A model generated the notes under the pieces. The model was not told the origin of the DNA, searched no databases, and saw only the letters and a list, made by a program, of their open reading frames with translations. The translations under genes were made by a program, and so were the position numbers. From the IMG/VR virus record IMGVR_UViG_3300036859_000207, positions 1-60,385 of that record: a DNA stretch of 60,385 nucleotides, one strand, 5' to 3'. Every line of letters starts with the position of its first letter. Position 1 is the first letter of the stretch. Positions 26,616 through 37,146 of the stretch are shown here, one piece after another. The stretch is from a virus. Lineage: Duplodnaviria > Caudoviricetes.

Positions 26616-26866
26616 GTCGCGACAGCAGCATCCAGAACATCCGCCGCCTCGCCGAACGCTTGCTGAACCCGTTCAACCGCCTTCTGGTGATTGATGGCCG
26701 CCTCGTCGCCTGCGTTCTTGTGCAGGAGCTTGGCGCTGTTGACGCGGGCGCGCGCAAGGTTGATGGCATTCTGCCACTTCGCAACCATCTCGCCATTGGC
26801 CTGCAGCTTGGCATTCAGCTGCTGGATTTGCTCGTTCAGGCGCACGATCTCTTCGTCTTTGGTCAT
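26612..26866 (-). CDS. Coiled-coil protein, possible tail-spike chaperone
   Basis: Heptad pattern directly downstream of tail spike. Confidence 0.55.
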   Translation of the reverse strand: MTKDEEIVRLNEQIQQLNAKLQANGEMVAKWQNAINLARARVNSAKLLHKNAGDEAAINHQKAVERVQQAFGEAADVLDAAVAT

Positions 26867-26871
26867 GATGG

Positions 26872-29718
26872 TCAACCTACTGTCGAAAACTCGTGCACAA
26901 AATCCCAGCCGAACCGTTCGTTGATGGAGCGCATGATGCGCTCCATGTCGATGCGTAGTCCTTTGCCGGTGCGGCTGTCGACCGAGTGATAAATCCACTC
27001 GTTGGTCTCGCTATCGTGGGGTGAGAGCAGGGTGGCATTACCGGCGGCATCCATGACCCGCAATTCGCCCGCGGTCGAGTAGAGCGAAACGCCATTGGCG
27101 AGAGCACCAACTGGCGCGGTGCCATCGAAGATCACAAGCTCGTTGGTGCCCTCGGTCGTGGCACGCGTAGCCGTGCCGCCTATCTTGCAGTTCCCTGTGC
27201 CGTAAACGTTCATCCGCGGGGCGTTGTTGGCGCAAATCTGAGTCGGGAAATCATCGACGGAGCCCAGTACAAAAGCGTTTGCCGCAGTGCCGGGAAACAG
27301 TTGGCCCCCCGTCGTGCCCTCGTTGCCCACGCGGGCATTGTGACCGTTGCCCTGGATCTGGAAGTAGGCAAAGGATGTGCCAGTATCCAAGAGCGAGAAA
27401 TTGGGTGACGCGTAGGTGATCGTCAGCTGCCCCGACATCTGCATCGCCGCAGCGTTCACGGTGCCCGTGAAGGTCGGCGAGCCGGCAAAGACATTCGCGC
27501 CGGTCCCCGTCTCGTCGGTCAAGGCAGCGGCAAGGTTGGCGCTAGAGAACGTCCCCAGCAATGTTGCAACACCTGCCCCCAGCCCACTCACGCCCGTGCT
27601 GATCGGCAAGCCAGTGCAGTTCGTCAGCGTACCCGATGCCGGCGTTCCCAAAACCGGCGCCGTCATGACCGGCGAGGTCAGCGTCTTGTTGATGAGCGTT
27701 GCCGCCAGCGCATTGCCAACAAACGTGTCTGTGGCGTTCGGGATGGTCCATGATCCGCCAGCTACTGCGGCTGATTGAATGGCAACAGCGCCTGATGTCG
27801 ATCCAGCCATATTCACTACGGCTGGCGTTGCGTTGGCAACCCCAAGATTTATTGTCGACGTCGCCCCTAGCGGATTTCGCAGCGTGATAGTCGCGGCCTG
27901 CATCGAAAGGGCGCTGGCTGAATGCGTTATGTTCGCGTCACCATTGGCCCAGTTGATGACCCCGCCGGACGCAAGGAACAGATCAGCCCAACTCTTCGTC
28001 GCAGAGCCGATGGCGGCAAGGTCATTGGCCGTTGGCAGGAATGGACCGCCAACGCTCATAAAGTCGTGCTCGGCAATCAGCTTGTTGGTTCCAGTGCCTC
28101 CATCCACCAGAGCGCCGTGGATATTGCCGACGATGTTGTAATGATCGCTCGTGCCAGGAGCGATCGTGATCGTGCCGTTGCCTAGATAGGAATTGACGAT
28201 GGAGAACTCTGTAACATTGGCGCCAATATTTACGTCGATGTCGATCGTTGGCGTGATGCCGGTGATATCGCTGATCGATGTGCGACCAGTATACGCCGTG
28301 TCGACAGTAATATCGTCGCCGACCTCGCAGCCACTGATAAATACGTGCTTGCCATCAAGGATGCTGACCGGCGAGGAGATGACGCAATCCCTGAACCACA
28401 CGTAGGCGCCGGGCTGGTTGATCAGGATCGACGCGAGGAATGGGCCGGAGAAATCGGTCTGGATGAAATGCGTCTCCAGCAGATCGGCGCTAGTGCCGCC
28501 TGTGAAGTTCACTCCGTACCATGTGTTCGGGCAGGCCAGCTCCCAGGTGACCGTACCGTCCGTTATGTTCTGTCCGGTGCCGCCGTTAAAGTTGTAGTTC
28601 TTGAGCGCCGGGAGCGAACCGCCGCTGGTGCCTCCGGTCTTGCAGACCATGACATAGCCGGCATTCGTGACTGCCTGGCCTGCGGTATACACCGTTGTCG
28701 ACGCCCAAGCCGAATATGGTCGCGAACTCGTGATCGCCGTGATCGCGGAGTCCTGATCGAACTTGTTGTGGTAGAACCAGTTGGCCGCTGGTGCGAGGCA
28801 ATGCACAATGGCCGGGCCATAGCCGTAGGCCGCAGCAATATTGTCGAAGACGGCATCGCGCTCGGTGATTTCCAGCGGGTAGTACCCGCCGAAAATCGTG
28901 CAATCCCGGATGTAGCCACCCGCCGAGTTCATCTGCACGGCGTTGGCGGTCGGGAAGGCGACGTTGGTGATGTAGTAGCCGCGCCCGAACACGGCCACGC
29001 GTTCCATTGAGCTTTGGCCGGAGATCGGCAGGGTAAAGACGGTCGCGTCGGCAGTGGCAATAAAGTAGCTGTTGACCCGCCCCGCACCGACGAGATGGAT
29101 ATTGACCCCGAGCGAATGGCCGCCTTGGGTCCGATAAAGCCCAGGCGGCGCGTAAAGGATGCCGCCGCCGATGGCGCTGAGAGCGGTAATGGCGTTGTTG
29201 ATGGTGGTGGTGTTATCGGTGGCATCATCGCCTACGGCACCGTAGGCCATGATGTCGACCCATGGTCGGCCGGATCGGAGAAGTGCGTTCCCCGGCACCG
29301 TCAGGTTGTTGCTGTCGTCGATCGTGACGCCGGAGTTCTGGAGATTTCCCTCCGTGCCATCGAATCTGGGAACGGCATTGTCGGTTGATGGGATAACGTC
29401 AACGCCATCGAACACGCTGGCTGGAACCCCCGCAACGATATCCTTAGTACCACTGGAGAAGTTGACCGCCGCCCCGGCGTTGCTGGATGCCAGAATGCTG
29501 GTCCGAGTCAGGACATTGAGGCCGGCCCCGTAGGTTCCCTTGCCGACCTCCCACTGATCCAGCGTGCGGTGTGCCACCGAGTAATAGATCGTGTCCCCGT
29601 CGCCGCACACATCGCCGAAGTTGCGGTAGGTGTTAAGGCTGGCGCTATCCAGCGCGAACGCACCTGTCCCCGTTGTCGAGGTGGTGTCGGCTACCCGGTC
29701 GGCGAATTTGTGGGACAT
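26872..29718 (-). CDS. Tail spike / depolymerase (pectate-lyase-like beta-helix)
   Basis: [15 protein letters not shown]-terminus; [16 protein letters not shown]...LYAPPGLY beta-helix start. Confidence 0.85.
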   Translation of the reverse strand: MSHKFADRVADTTSTTGTGAFALDSASLNTYRNFGDVCGDGDTIYYSVAHRTLDQWEVGKGTYGAGLNVLTRTSILASSNAGAAVNFSSGTKDIVAGVPASVFDGVDVIPSTDNAVPRFDGTEGNLQNSGVTIDDSNNLTVPGNALLRSGRPWVDIMAYGAVGDDATDNTTTINNAITALSAIGGGILYAPPGLYRTQGGHSLGVNIHLVGAGRVNSYFIATADATVFTLPISGQSSMERVAVFGRGYYITNVAFPTANAVQMNSAGGYIRDCTIFGGYYPLEITERDAVFDNIAAAYGYGPAIVHCLAPAANWFYHNKFDQDSAITAITSSRPYSAWASTTVYTAGQAVTNAGYVMVCKTGGTSGGSLPALKNYNFNGGTGQNITDGTVTWELACPNTWYGVNFTGGTSADLLETHFIQTDFSGPFLASILINQPGAYVWFRDCVISSPVSILDGKHVFISGCEVGDDITVDTAYTGRTSISDITGITPTIDIDVNIGANVTEFSIVNSYLGNGTITIAPGTSDHYNIVGNIHGALVDGGTGTNKLIAEHDFMSVGGPFLPTANDLAAIGSATKSWADLFLASGGVINWANGDANITHSASALSMQAATITLRNPLGATSTINLGVANATPAVVNMAGSTSGAVAIQSAAVAGGSWTIPNATDTFVGNALAATLINKTLTSPVMTAPVLGTPASGTLTNCTGLPISTGVSGLGAGVATLLGTFSSANLAAALTDETGTGANVFAGSPTFTGTVNAAAMQMSGQLTITYASPNFSLLDTGTSFAYFQIQGNGHNARVGNEGTTGGQLFPGTAANAFVLGSVDDFPTQICANNAPRMNVYGTGNCKIGGTATRATTEGTNELVIFDGTAPVGALANGVSLYSTAGELRVMDAAGNATLLSPHDSETNEWIYHSVDSRTGKGLRIDMERIMRSINERFGWDFVHEFSTVG

Positions 29719-29721
29719 GGA

Positions 29722-30186
29722 TCAGAAGGCTTCTGCGTGCAGCGTGACGACGTGGGCCACAGCGCCCGGAGTCAGCGTGGTGCCGTTGACGAGGTAGCCC
29801 CACACCGAGGCTGTGTTCAGCCTGACAGGCTTGAAGATATTGTCGGTCGCTATGAACAAGGTGCTCCCGAAGTCGACGACCTGCGCAAGGGAGATGGCAC
29901 CCAGGTACGAGGCTTGATCTCCGGCCGCGAAAGTGAATGCCCCATCATCGGCCACAGCAGATGGCGGGGTGACATCGAACAGATGCAACGTCCAGGCGGT
30001 GGTCTCGATGGTGGCGTTGTTGATCAGCAGGCTGGCACCGATGATCTTCACCCGCCCGCCAGGCGGACCGATCTGGGAAAACTCCTGCGCGCCTCCCACC
30101 ACATCGCCGTTGGTGTGAGAGGTAGCGGCCGGCGTGAACGTCGCCACAGAAGAGAAGCCGTTGGCATGTTGGACGAGCATCGGCAT
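29722..30186 (-). CDS. Virion structural protein
   Basis: Beta-rich; late operon. Confidence 0.6.
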   Translation of the reverse strand: MPMLVQHANGFSSVATFTPAATSHTNGDVVGGAQEFSQIGPPGGRVKIIGASLLINNATIETTAWTLHLFDVTPPSAVADDGAFTFAAGDQASYLGAISLAQVVDFGSTLFIATDNIFKPVRLNTASVWGYLVNGTTLTPGAVAHVVTLHAEAF

Positions 30187-30200
30187 GGCTCAAAGACCCC

Positions 30201-30965
30201 TTAACTGATCTTGCGCCACACAAGGCTGATGACGCCGGTAAAGGTCACGGCGCCAGCCGCTGCCACGTCCGCCCAAGTGTCGGCGACGTTGAGGAACAGA
30301 TCATGCGCGAGCCCGGCTGATGGCTGGATCATCAACCGCACAGTCGACAGATTGGCTTTGTAGAAAGCCGTGCCAGCAACATCGGGCGCAACGAGGTCGG
30401 AGTCGCCAGTGCCGCCCGCCGCTCCGCCATCAACCACGTTCTCCGTGGTCGTTGACAGGGTCGCGTTTGCGCCCGAGCCGATGACAGTGCCGATGCCGAC
30501 CTCAGGCGTATCGGTTGTGACTGAGATGGCCGCCGTGATGCCGCCAGCAATGCTCGCACTCTCGACCATGATCGCGCCGGCCGGGAACGTGTAGAACTTG
30601 GCGCCGAGGGCCAGCGCTGCGTTGTCGCCCGAGGTGCCGACCGCAAAGGCCGTCATGGTCAGCTTGGTGTAGTGGTAAACATCGTCGCCGCGCTCTTCTA
30701 CCGCTGTCGTCGCGGTGGTCGTGACGGTGCCGTTCTCACCGGAGGCGCCGCCGACCGGGTCCCAGCCGCTGCCGTTGTAGGCTTCGACCGCACCCGTCGT
30801 GGTGTTGTAAATGATATCGCCAGCCTTGGCCGCCCCGGAACCCGTCAGCGCATCACGCTGGGTCGTGGTCAGGTTGTTCAGGCGCCAGCCTGGATGGTCT
30901 GTGTTCTGGAATTCCTGACGCTTACCCCAGATGTTCGCAAGATCGAGGATGCCGGAGCCGGACAT
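30201..30965 (-). CDS. Virion structural/decoration protein
   Basis: LTTTQRDAL...GDIIYNTT..VEAYNGSGW fiber-like motif. Confidence 0.65.
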   Translation of the reverse strand: MSGSGILDLANIWGKRQEFQNTDHPGWRLNNLTTTQRDALTGSGAAKAGDIIYNTTTGAVEAYNGSGWDPVGGASGENGTVTTTATTAVEERGDDVYHYTKLTMTAFAVGTSGDNAALALGAKFYTFPAGAIMVESASIAGGITAAISVTTDTPEVGIGTVIGSGANATLSTTTENVVDGGAAGGTGDSDLVAPDVAGTAFYKANLSTVRLMIQPSAGLAHDLFLNVADTWADVAAAGAVTFTGVISLVWRKIS

Positions 30966-30999
30966 GGGCGTCACCTTTTCGGGAATTAGAGGGAAGGGA

Positions 31000-31026
31000 G
31001 AGCGGGGCAGACCGGCCACCCCGCTC
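31000..31026 (-). terminator. GC-rich hairpin after cement gene
   Basis: gagcgggg...ccccgctc followed by a pyrimidine tract on the minus strand; similar to 31545-31570. Confidence 0.45.
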
Positions 31027-31043
31027 AATGCAATCGCCGCGCC

Positions 31044-31517
31044 TTAGGTCGTGCCCGCCACGAGTGCCGTGGTGTTGAAATCGGGATCGACGAAATACTC
31101 CAGCGCAAACTTGATCGTGCCCGCCGCCGGGGTGTTGGCTGCAGTGCCGATGTAGAGGCGGATTTCCGTCCTCGCAGTGTACTTGTAGAGATGGCCGGCA
31201 ACGGCCAATGTCGCGGTGATGCCCGCCGTCTGGCCGATCGTCGCTGCGGCAATGAGCCTGTCCTCGTCATCGACATCGCCGACATTGACGACAAGCGCTG
31301 CGCCATCGTCGATGTCGGTCGACGAGTACGTTGCGGCGACGATCACAGCGCCGGCGGGCACGTAGAACAGGCCGACATCGTCGTTGGCGTTGTCGATCAT
31401 AGCCGTGGTCACGGCGACGATCGCAGTGGCGCACACAATTTCACGCGCCCAGCCGGAGCCGACAACCTTCGACGGACTGCCGTTGGAGGGAGAAAGGGAG
31501 GTGTAGTAGACAGCCAT
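31044..31517 (-). CDS. Capsid decoration/cement protein
   Basis: VPAGAVIV...VNVGDVDDEDRL pattern; directly after MCP. Confidence 0.7.
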   Translation of the reverse strand: MAVYYTSLSPSNGSPSKVVGSGWAREIVCATAIVAVTTAMIDNANDDVGLFYVPAGAVIVAATYSSTDIDDGAALVVNVGDVDDEDRLIAAATIGQTAGITATLAVAGHLYKYTARTEIRLYIGTAANTPAAGTIKFALEYFVDPDFNTTALVAGTT

Positions 31518-31544
31518 GTGAGTGATCCTTGGAAAGAGGGAGGA

Positions 31545-31570
31545 GAGCGGCGAGGTTGCGCTCGCCGCTC
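31545..31570 (-). terminator. Hairpin downstream of MCP
   Basis: gagcggcgag-N6-ctcgccgctc perfect 10-bp stem plus pyrimidine tract. Confidence 0.5.
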
Positions 31571-31590
31571 ATTGATCAGGCATCAGACGA

Positions 31591-32730
31591 TCACGCATCG
31601 CCCACGGCTGCGAAGAACCCCGAGACCATGCCGTTGTCGCGGAACGTACCTAGCGTGCCGTGCTTGCGCATGATCTTGTTGACGCCGAGCATTTCCTCGA
31701 TGCCGACGCCGGTGAAGAACTCGTAGTCGTCCTCCTTCTTCATCACCGGGCGCGGCTCCTGACCCCAGGCCGCCGCCACCGACTGCGCACCACACAGCGC
31801 CGACAGGCCGACATCGATGCTGCCAGCACCGGCACCGGACAGGACCGGGAACTCCGGGATGCAGCGGATGATGACGCCGTCGTGGATGAGATCGCCGTCC
31901 TGGAACAGCGGGTTCTTGTCCATGCCGTTGCCCTCGCGAGCCCTGGCATCGCGCAGGTTGGCGACGATGGTGCTGTCCGCCTTGAGATCACGGAACGTCT
32001 TCGTGCCCGTGAACATCACGTAATACTCGCGGCCATCCTCCATGTTGGAGCGGATCGGACGAATGTGCGGATCGCAAGTCTGGGCGATGCGCTTCATCGT
32101 CGACACCGCCGCCGCAGTCAGCTTGTCGTCGGTGTTGTCGATGGTGGCGAGCGCCGTGGCAAACGTGGCGTTGTAGTTGGCGATGAGCTTGCCGAACAAC
32201 ACGCGATCCGAGTTGGCCGCCACCCAGGTGTTGTTCTCCGCCGCCGATGACGCCGTGTTCCACCCGTTCAACGGCGTGGTAAACGTCTTGGTGGTGGCAC
32301 CGGAGAACGTGGGGCTGTGCAGCGCGTCGATGATGTCGTCGCGCAGCTTCTGCTTCGACCATTCGACCAGCAGCGGGCGGGCGGCATCACGCGCATTCGA
32401 TGCGTCGTAGTGCTCGTCCTGCTTGCTGAACTCGATGCCGTTGCGGCGGTACTGGATGGTGATCGAGTGGCTGTGCTTGCCCAGCGACTCCTCGGCGCCA
32501 GACAGGCGGGTGTTGCCGACCACGCCGCCGGAGGTGAGGCGGCCGACCAGAGGAATGGTCAGGGTCTTGCCCTTCGGGCGCAGCTCGTAGCAGCGATGGA
32601 TGACGGAGGTGACGCCCTCGTTGCCGGCACCCATGTACGGGGCAAAGTAGTTGTCGCGGACGTACTCACGCCAGTAGTCCTGCCTCCACTTGGTAAGTTG
32701 GAGGTCAGCGGGGGTTTGAGTGGTAGCCAT
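31591..32730 (-). CDS. Major capsid protein (DUF4043/N4-gp56-like)
   Basis: GKTLTIPLVGRL..GVVG...LSGAEE; AREG...NPLF.DG...DGVII; DDYEF..GVG. Confidence 0.9.
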   Translation of the reverse strand: MATTQTPADLQLTKWRQDYWREYVRDNYFAPYMGAGNEGVTSVIHRCYELRPKGKTLTIPLVGRLTSGGVVGNTRLSGAEESLGKHSHSITIQYRRNGIEFSKQDEHYDASNARDAARPLLVEWSKQKLRDDIIDALHSPTFSGATTKTFTTPLNGWNTASSAAENNTWVAANSDRVLFGKLIANYNATFATALATIDNTDDKLTAAAVSTMKRIAQTCDPHIRPIRSNMEDGREYYVMFTGTKTFRDLKADSTIVANLRDARAREGNGMDKNPLFQDGDLIHDGVIIRCIPEFPVLSGAGAGSIDVGLSALCGAQSVAAAWGQEPRPVMKKEDDYEFFTGVGIEEMLGVNKIMRKHGTLGTFRDNGMVSGFFAAVGDA

Positions 32731-32762
32731 GGCGGTTCAGTCCCTTCGGGGCTGGAGACGGC

Positions 32763-33542
32763 TCATCGCTTTTTGAGCATGTCTCTGAAGAAGTCAGCCG
32801 AGTCCGCAACGACGGGGGCCGAACCATCGGCTCGCGTGGCTGTGGACAGCGGCGGCGGGAGAACTTGAGGCGCACCTGGCTGCGGCGCTTGGCCAGCCCG
32901 TAACCGAGCAAGAACACGCGCCTCGATCTCTTGCTCTTTCTTGGTTTCCCAAGCTTTGAGATCGGGGCCGACTTGCTGAGCGATGGTCTGGGTGTTTCTC
33001 CACTCCATCAGCGCTTTGTACGGATTGCGCTGTTGCATGAAGTGATTTCCAAGACCAGCGTCTTTGGCTGCCTTGACCGCCTGATCTACCGCCTCATCAC
33101 CGTATTTCTCACGCACAAGATACTCGGTGACATTGGCCGGCATGTTCGACGAGATGGACCGCAACTCACCTCGCAGTCGTGCGTTCTCTTGCGCGACTGC
33201 GTTTGCAAATCCAATCGGGTCATTGACCGGATCAATTGGTTCAGGCTGTGGCTGTGCTGCACGCTGCTGCACCTCTTGAGAACGCCGGAAATCTTCGAGC
33301 TGACTTTCGAGCCATTTGGTTCGCTCTTCGGCCAACTGCGCCCTGTGGCGCTGCTCCAGCATCTCAGGCAGTGGAACCATGTGCGGCGCTGGCGCAGCGG
33401 GAGGCTGCTGGACTGGTGCCGGCAACGAGGACGGATCAACGGCAGGAGTGGCCAGCGGATCGGGAGACGGCTGCGGTTGCAGGATTGCCTCGATATCCGT
33501 GGGCAACGCTTGCTGCTGTACAGGTTGCACTTGCTGTTCCAC
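32763..33542 (-). CDS. Scaffolding protein
   Basis: GTG at 33542 with SD ggag; MVPL..MLEQR coiled coil; directly upstream of MCP. Confidence 0.8.
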   Translation of the reverse strand: MEQQVQPVQQQALPTDIEAILQPQPSPDPLATPAVDPSSLPAPVQQPPAAPAPHMVPLPEMLEQRHRAQLAEERTKWLESQLEDFRRSQEVQQRAAQPQPEPIDPVNDPIGFANAVAQENARLRGELRSISSNMPANVTEYLVREKYGDEAVDQAVKAAKDAGLGNHFMQQRNPYKALMEWRNTQTIAQQVGPDLKAWETKKEQEIEARVLARLRAGQAPQPGAPQVLPPPLSTATRADGSAPVVADSADFFRDMLKKR

Positions 33543-33550
33543 TGCGTTTT

Positions 33551-33607
33551 CTCCAGTATCGTTGGGGAGCCACGAACCGCCCTGTATCGTCGGGCGCGAC
33601 GAACCGC
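33551..33607 (-). promoter_or_regulatory. Tandem ACGATAC-loop hairpins over the scaffold RBS (candidate translational operator)
   Basis: Two copies of gcggttcgt-stem-acgatac-stem; second stem includes the SD. Confidence 0.55.
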
Positions 33608-33715
33608 TCTGAACGCAACTTCTCATCCCCATTCCAGAGCGAGGAACGAGGTGATTTCCGACGCAAAGTGGTGTAAACTGACTAACGGGAAATCAGATGA
33701 GGCTTCGCGGTAAAA

Positions 33716-34267
33716 ATGAGCGAGACCAGAACAATATATATTAGGCAGCTATTGCACCGAGTTGGCGTGCTTGAAAGTGAGCTGCGCAAGCATGGGATTT
33801 CGATACCCAACAGCGAGCAACGTCTTGTGGACATTCTGCGTCTCGCTCATGAGACTGGTATGAGTTTCCCAAAGATCGACAAGGCGCTCAACTTGTGTTC
33901 TGGACGGGCGTATCGCGTCCACCGCAAATGGCGTGACCGTTATCCGTACACGCCAGACGGCAACGAGGCGGCGCGAGCCGCACTCGTTGCGATGGGAATC
34001 ACGCCATCAAACCGCCGCGAGCGAACGGAGGCAAAGGCCGCGCAATCAGAGATACGCTGCGCTATTTGTGGTCAGGCGGGCGTGGCCGATTTGGCGGACA
34101 GCGCCGTTTTCTTCACGTCTGATGGCGCGAAGTTCGTCCATGTATCTTGTGCAATCCGGACAGAGGCTAGACGCAAGCATGACGATTGGTGCGTGCGCCA
34201 TGATGACCCGAGCGGACCATGCACATGCAAACCGCCATCAATCCGCCGCGAGCGCGTGGCAGAGTGA
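33716..34267 (+). CDS. Hypothetical protein (HTH-like plus Cys motifs), antisense moron
   Basis: SFPKIDKALNL; CAICG...HVSC. Confidence 0.6.
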   Translation: MSETRTIYIRQLLHRVGVLESELRKHGISIPNSEQRLVDILRLAHETGMSFPKIDKALNLCSGRAYRVHRKWRDRYPYTPDGNEAARAALVAMGITPSNRRERTEAKAAQSEIRCAICGQAGVADLADSAVFFTSDGAKFVHVSCAIRTEARRKHDDWCVRHDDPSGPCTCKPPSIRRERVAE

Positions 34268-34413
34268 GTTCATGAAATCAGCGCGTAGAGTTGTGTGGCG
34301 ACCCGCTGAAGGATGGCCGAAAGGCTGGTACTATTGCGGCGAGTTCGACACAGTGAGCTTGGAAGCCTTGCTGGACTTCGACGCTTTTCTGGACTTCAAC
34401 AGGCGAGACCCGG

Positions 34414-34713
34414 ATGAAAAAGCTGAAGACGCGCCTGCCAAAAGGCATCAAAGGTCATCACAAGATGGTCTCGATGATCCTTGATTGGTGCTCCGACTGG
34501 ATTAGTCAGGATGCTTTCGACGAGAAGGCGTTTGAACACCGACCTCTCTTTGGAAAGATGCCGTTCCCGCGGATGGATGGCGACGATTTAATTCTGAGCC
34601 TTGATCAGCCTTGGTTGCATTTGCTGGGACTGATGCAAGACTGTGGCTTGGTGCGTTCAGAGACTCGGGAAGATGGGCTGATCTGGTACCGTGCCACGCC
34701 CGCTTCTGACTAA
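34414..34713 (+). CDS. Hypothetical protein, antisense moron
   Basis: Stop overlaps portal stop (CTAA). Confidence 0.6.
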   Translation: MKKLKTRLPKGIKGHHKMVSMILDWCSDWISQDAFDEKAFEHRPLFGKMPFPRMDGDDLILSLDQPWLHLLGLMQDCGLVRSETREDGLIWYRATPASD

Positions 34714-36980
34714 ACCCCACCCGGAGGCAGTGGCAGCCCGCCATCTTGATTCAGCTGCGGCTCATCCCCTGGAAGCCACGGCGTCGAAGACATCGCGAGG
34801 AAATCCGTAGGCACTTCGGCCCCAGGAGGCTGCCCAGGACCGGCAAGGGCGTTAGGCGGTGGCATCCCCCCGTCTGGTTCCATCCCGCCCTCTGGCGGCC
34901 CGCCCAGCGCGTTCTGAGGCATGGGCGGAGTCGAGGACATCCCTTGCGCCTGATCCAGGAACGTCGGCTCCCGGTAATAGAACGGGAAGGCCTCCATCGC
35001 CTGCGGCAGGACGCCCGCGCCGACCAGCGTGCCGATGGTATCGGCACGCGTCTTCTCCGTGTCCGCTCGCTTCTTGTCGAGGTCGGCCGCCGCCGTCAGC
35101 TCTTCCAGCTGAGCCATGCGCTTCTGCAAGTCCTGCAATTCCGGCGGCGGCGCCTTGAACTCCGCCAGCTTCTTCAGCAGCGCGTCCTTCTCGGAGATGT
35201 TGGACATCTCGATCAGAAGCTCGGGCGGGACGACACCAGGCCCGAGCTGGGATAGCTGCTCCATCAGCTCTTCCCGCATGGTGACGGTGTCGGGGCCCTC
35301 ATCGAGGATGATGTCGACATCGATCTCGGCGACTTGGTTCTCTACACCAATGACTTGGCCCGTCATTGGATCGACGACGGGCGCGTTGATCTTCAGGTAC
35401 TGAACGGCATTGGGATCGCCGGTCACGCGGATGATGCGCTCGTCGGTGTAGAATTGGCGGACGAGGTTCCAATCCCGGCGGTAGCAGCGCAGTTTCCACT
35501 CGCGCATGCGCTCATATACCGGGGACAGCTCGGCCATGCCGGCATTCTGCTGGGCGAGGATGGCGCGACCGGATTGGGTCTCGACGCCCTTGCCCTGCAG
35601 GGCCGGGTTCGGTCCGAGATTGGCCAGCGACTGCTCGGCGTCCTGCATCAGTTCGAGGTTGCCTTCGATCTGCGCCGTCTGTTCGATGACCTCGAACGTC
35701 TTGCCGGGGTTCGTTACAATATGGCCGTCTGGCTTGGCCAGCTCCGACTTCATCTTGTCAATGTCAGAAACGGCGCCAACCTCAGACCTAGTCTGGCGCA
35801 CCGTCAGCAGATGCAGGCTCTTGGAGCGCCGCTTGTTGACCTCATCCTGCAACGGGATCATGTCGCGGATCATGCTGTAGCGGTCGCCGGCCTCATCGAC
35901 ATACGGCGACCAGGCTTCATAGGGATGGATGGTCTGGTCGTTCTCATCGACGTAGGGCGAGCGGCAGTCCATCGGCGGGATGATGCGCTCTTGCCCTGTT
36001 TGCGGGTCCATCGATGTGACGGGCTCGCTCGGACACAGCGAGATCGGCCCGACGAGGTAATCGAACAACCACTCGCCCTTGTGGCGATAGGAGATGGAAA
36101 TCAGCCTGATGCGGCGCTCCTTGCCGTTGACATAAGGCTGCCAGTTCTTCTCCTTCTCGAACAACCACGGCAGCATGCTGTCGCCGCCAGCCGAGATGTC
36201 GCCCAACTGATCGATCATATCGGCGGCCCAAGGCAGCATTTCCTTGGCCTGATCGTTACCGATCCACTGGTGCTCGCCGAGAAAGCCGGCATCGGAAAAC
36301 TCCCAGCGCTCCGACTTCGGGTCATAGAAAAACCGATCGCCGGGAACGTGAAGCTTTCTGATGTCGAATTTGCCCTTGCGGTTCCTGGCGACGCCGGCCC
36401 ATTGCACGCCAATGCCGCGGATGAGCGCATCCCTGGCGCACTCGGAAGCAATGGCTTGCCACTTGGCGGTGTCCTCGACGGAGCGCAGGACCGCCGTCGC
36501 TACGGTCGCCGCCTTCTCGTCCGATGGTTCGCGCCCATAGCCCTTTGGATCACGCCGCAGCCTTTGCTCGAGGCCGACGAGGCCGTCCACCTTGCGCTTG
36601 ATGATGTTTTTGACGATGGGCTGTTGTTTGCGCCTGGCCAACACCTTGAGCTCGGCGTCAGTCCACTGCTTACCGTGATAGTAACGGGTAGCTTGATACA
36701 TCTCGTTGTTCTCGCCGACCTTGGCCTGCTCCCAGGCGAGGTACATCTTGTGCAGGGTTTCAGCTGGCAGGCGTTCGGCGAGGGGCGCCGGCGCCATCAT
36801 GGACGGCGCGTCCATCAATGGCCTCGGGTCCATGGGCATCATGGACGGCGGCTGATCCGGCGAAGGCGGAGCGCGCATGCCCATCCCCATCATGTCGGGA
36901 GGCATGCCGAAGCCGGGGTTGGATGTGTCAAACATCGATAGCTCTGCGGCGCCAGCGGCGGGGGTCCATTGGGGCGGCAA
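34710..36980 (-). CDS. Portal protein (P22-like)
   Basis: YYHGKQWT...NIIKRKVDGLVG; LQDEVNKRRSK; SGRAI..QQNAG; DVDIILDEGP. Confidence 0.92.
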   Translation of the reverse strand: MPPQWTPAAGAAELSMFDTSNPGFGMPPDMMGMGMRAPPSPDQPPSMMPMDPRPLMDAPSMMAPAPLAERLPAETLHKMYLAWEQAKVGENNEMYQATRYYHGKQWTDAELKVLARRKQQPIVKNIIKRKVDGLVGLEQRLRRDPKGYGREPSDEKAATVATAVLRSVEDTAKWQAIASECARDALIRGIGVQWAGVARNRKGKFDIRKLHVPGDRFFYDPKSERWEFSDAGFLGEHQWIGNDQAKEMLPWAADMIDQLGDISAGGDSMLPWLFEKEKNWQPYVNGKERRIRLISISYRHKGEWLFDYLVGPISLCPSEPVTSMDPQTGQERIIPPMDCRSPYVDENDQTIHPYEAWSPYVDEAGDRYSMIRDMIPLQDEVNKRRSKSLHLLTVRQTRSEVGAVSDIDKMKSELAKPDGHIVTNPGKTFEVIEQTAQIEGNLELMQDAEQSLANLGPNPALQGKGVETQSGRAILAQQNAGMAELSPVYERMREWKLRCYRRDWNLVRQFYTDERIIRVTGDPNAVQYLKINAPVVDPMTGQVIGVENQVAEIDVDIILDEGPDTVTMREELMEQLSQLGPGVVPPELLIEMSNISEKDALLKKLAEFKAPPPELQDLQKRMAQLEELTAAADLDKKRADTEKTRADTIGTLVGAGVLPQAMEAFPFYYREPTFLDQAQGMSSTPPMPQNALGGPPEGGMEPDGGMPPPNALAGPGQPPGAEVPTDFLAMSSTPWLPGDEPQLNQDGGLPLPPGGV

Positions 36981-37146
36981 ACTGCTCGTCTTCCTGCGGA
37001 CGCATCATCGGTTGCGCAAACATGCCAGTGCGTCCGCCCAACGAGTTAAACCAGTTGCGCGACATCTCCTGCGCCATCTCATCCATGGATGGACCCTGCG
37101 GTGTCTTGTCGGCCAGCTTGTTCCTGTTGGCGTCGTCGGGCATCAC
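36928..37146 (-). CDS. Small hypothetical protein between TerL and portal
   Basis: GTGA coupling to TerL stop. Confidence 0.5.
   Translation of the reverse strand: MMPDDANRNKLADKTPQGPSMDEMAQEMSRNWFNSLGGRTGMFAQPMMRPQEDEQFAAPMDPRRWRRRAIDV

Noticed and set aside
35334-36941. Long plus-strand ORFs antisense to structural genes (also 12924-14147, 19369-20682, and 55275-56318 on minus)
   Set aside because: Shadow ORFs expected from high-GC codon bias opposite well-supported genes.
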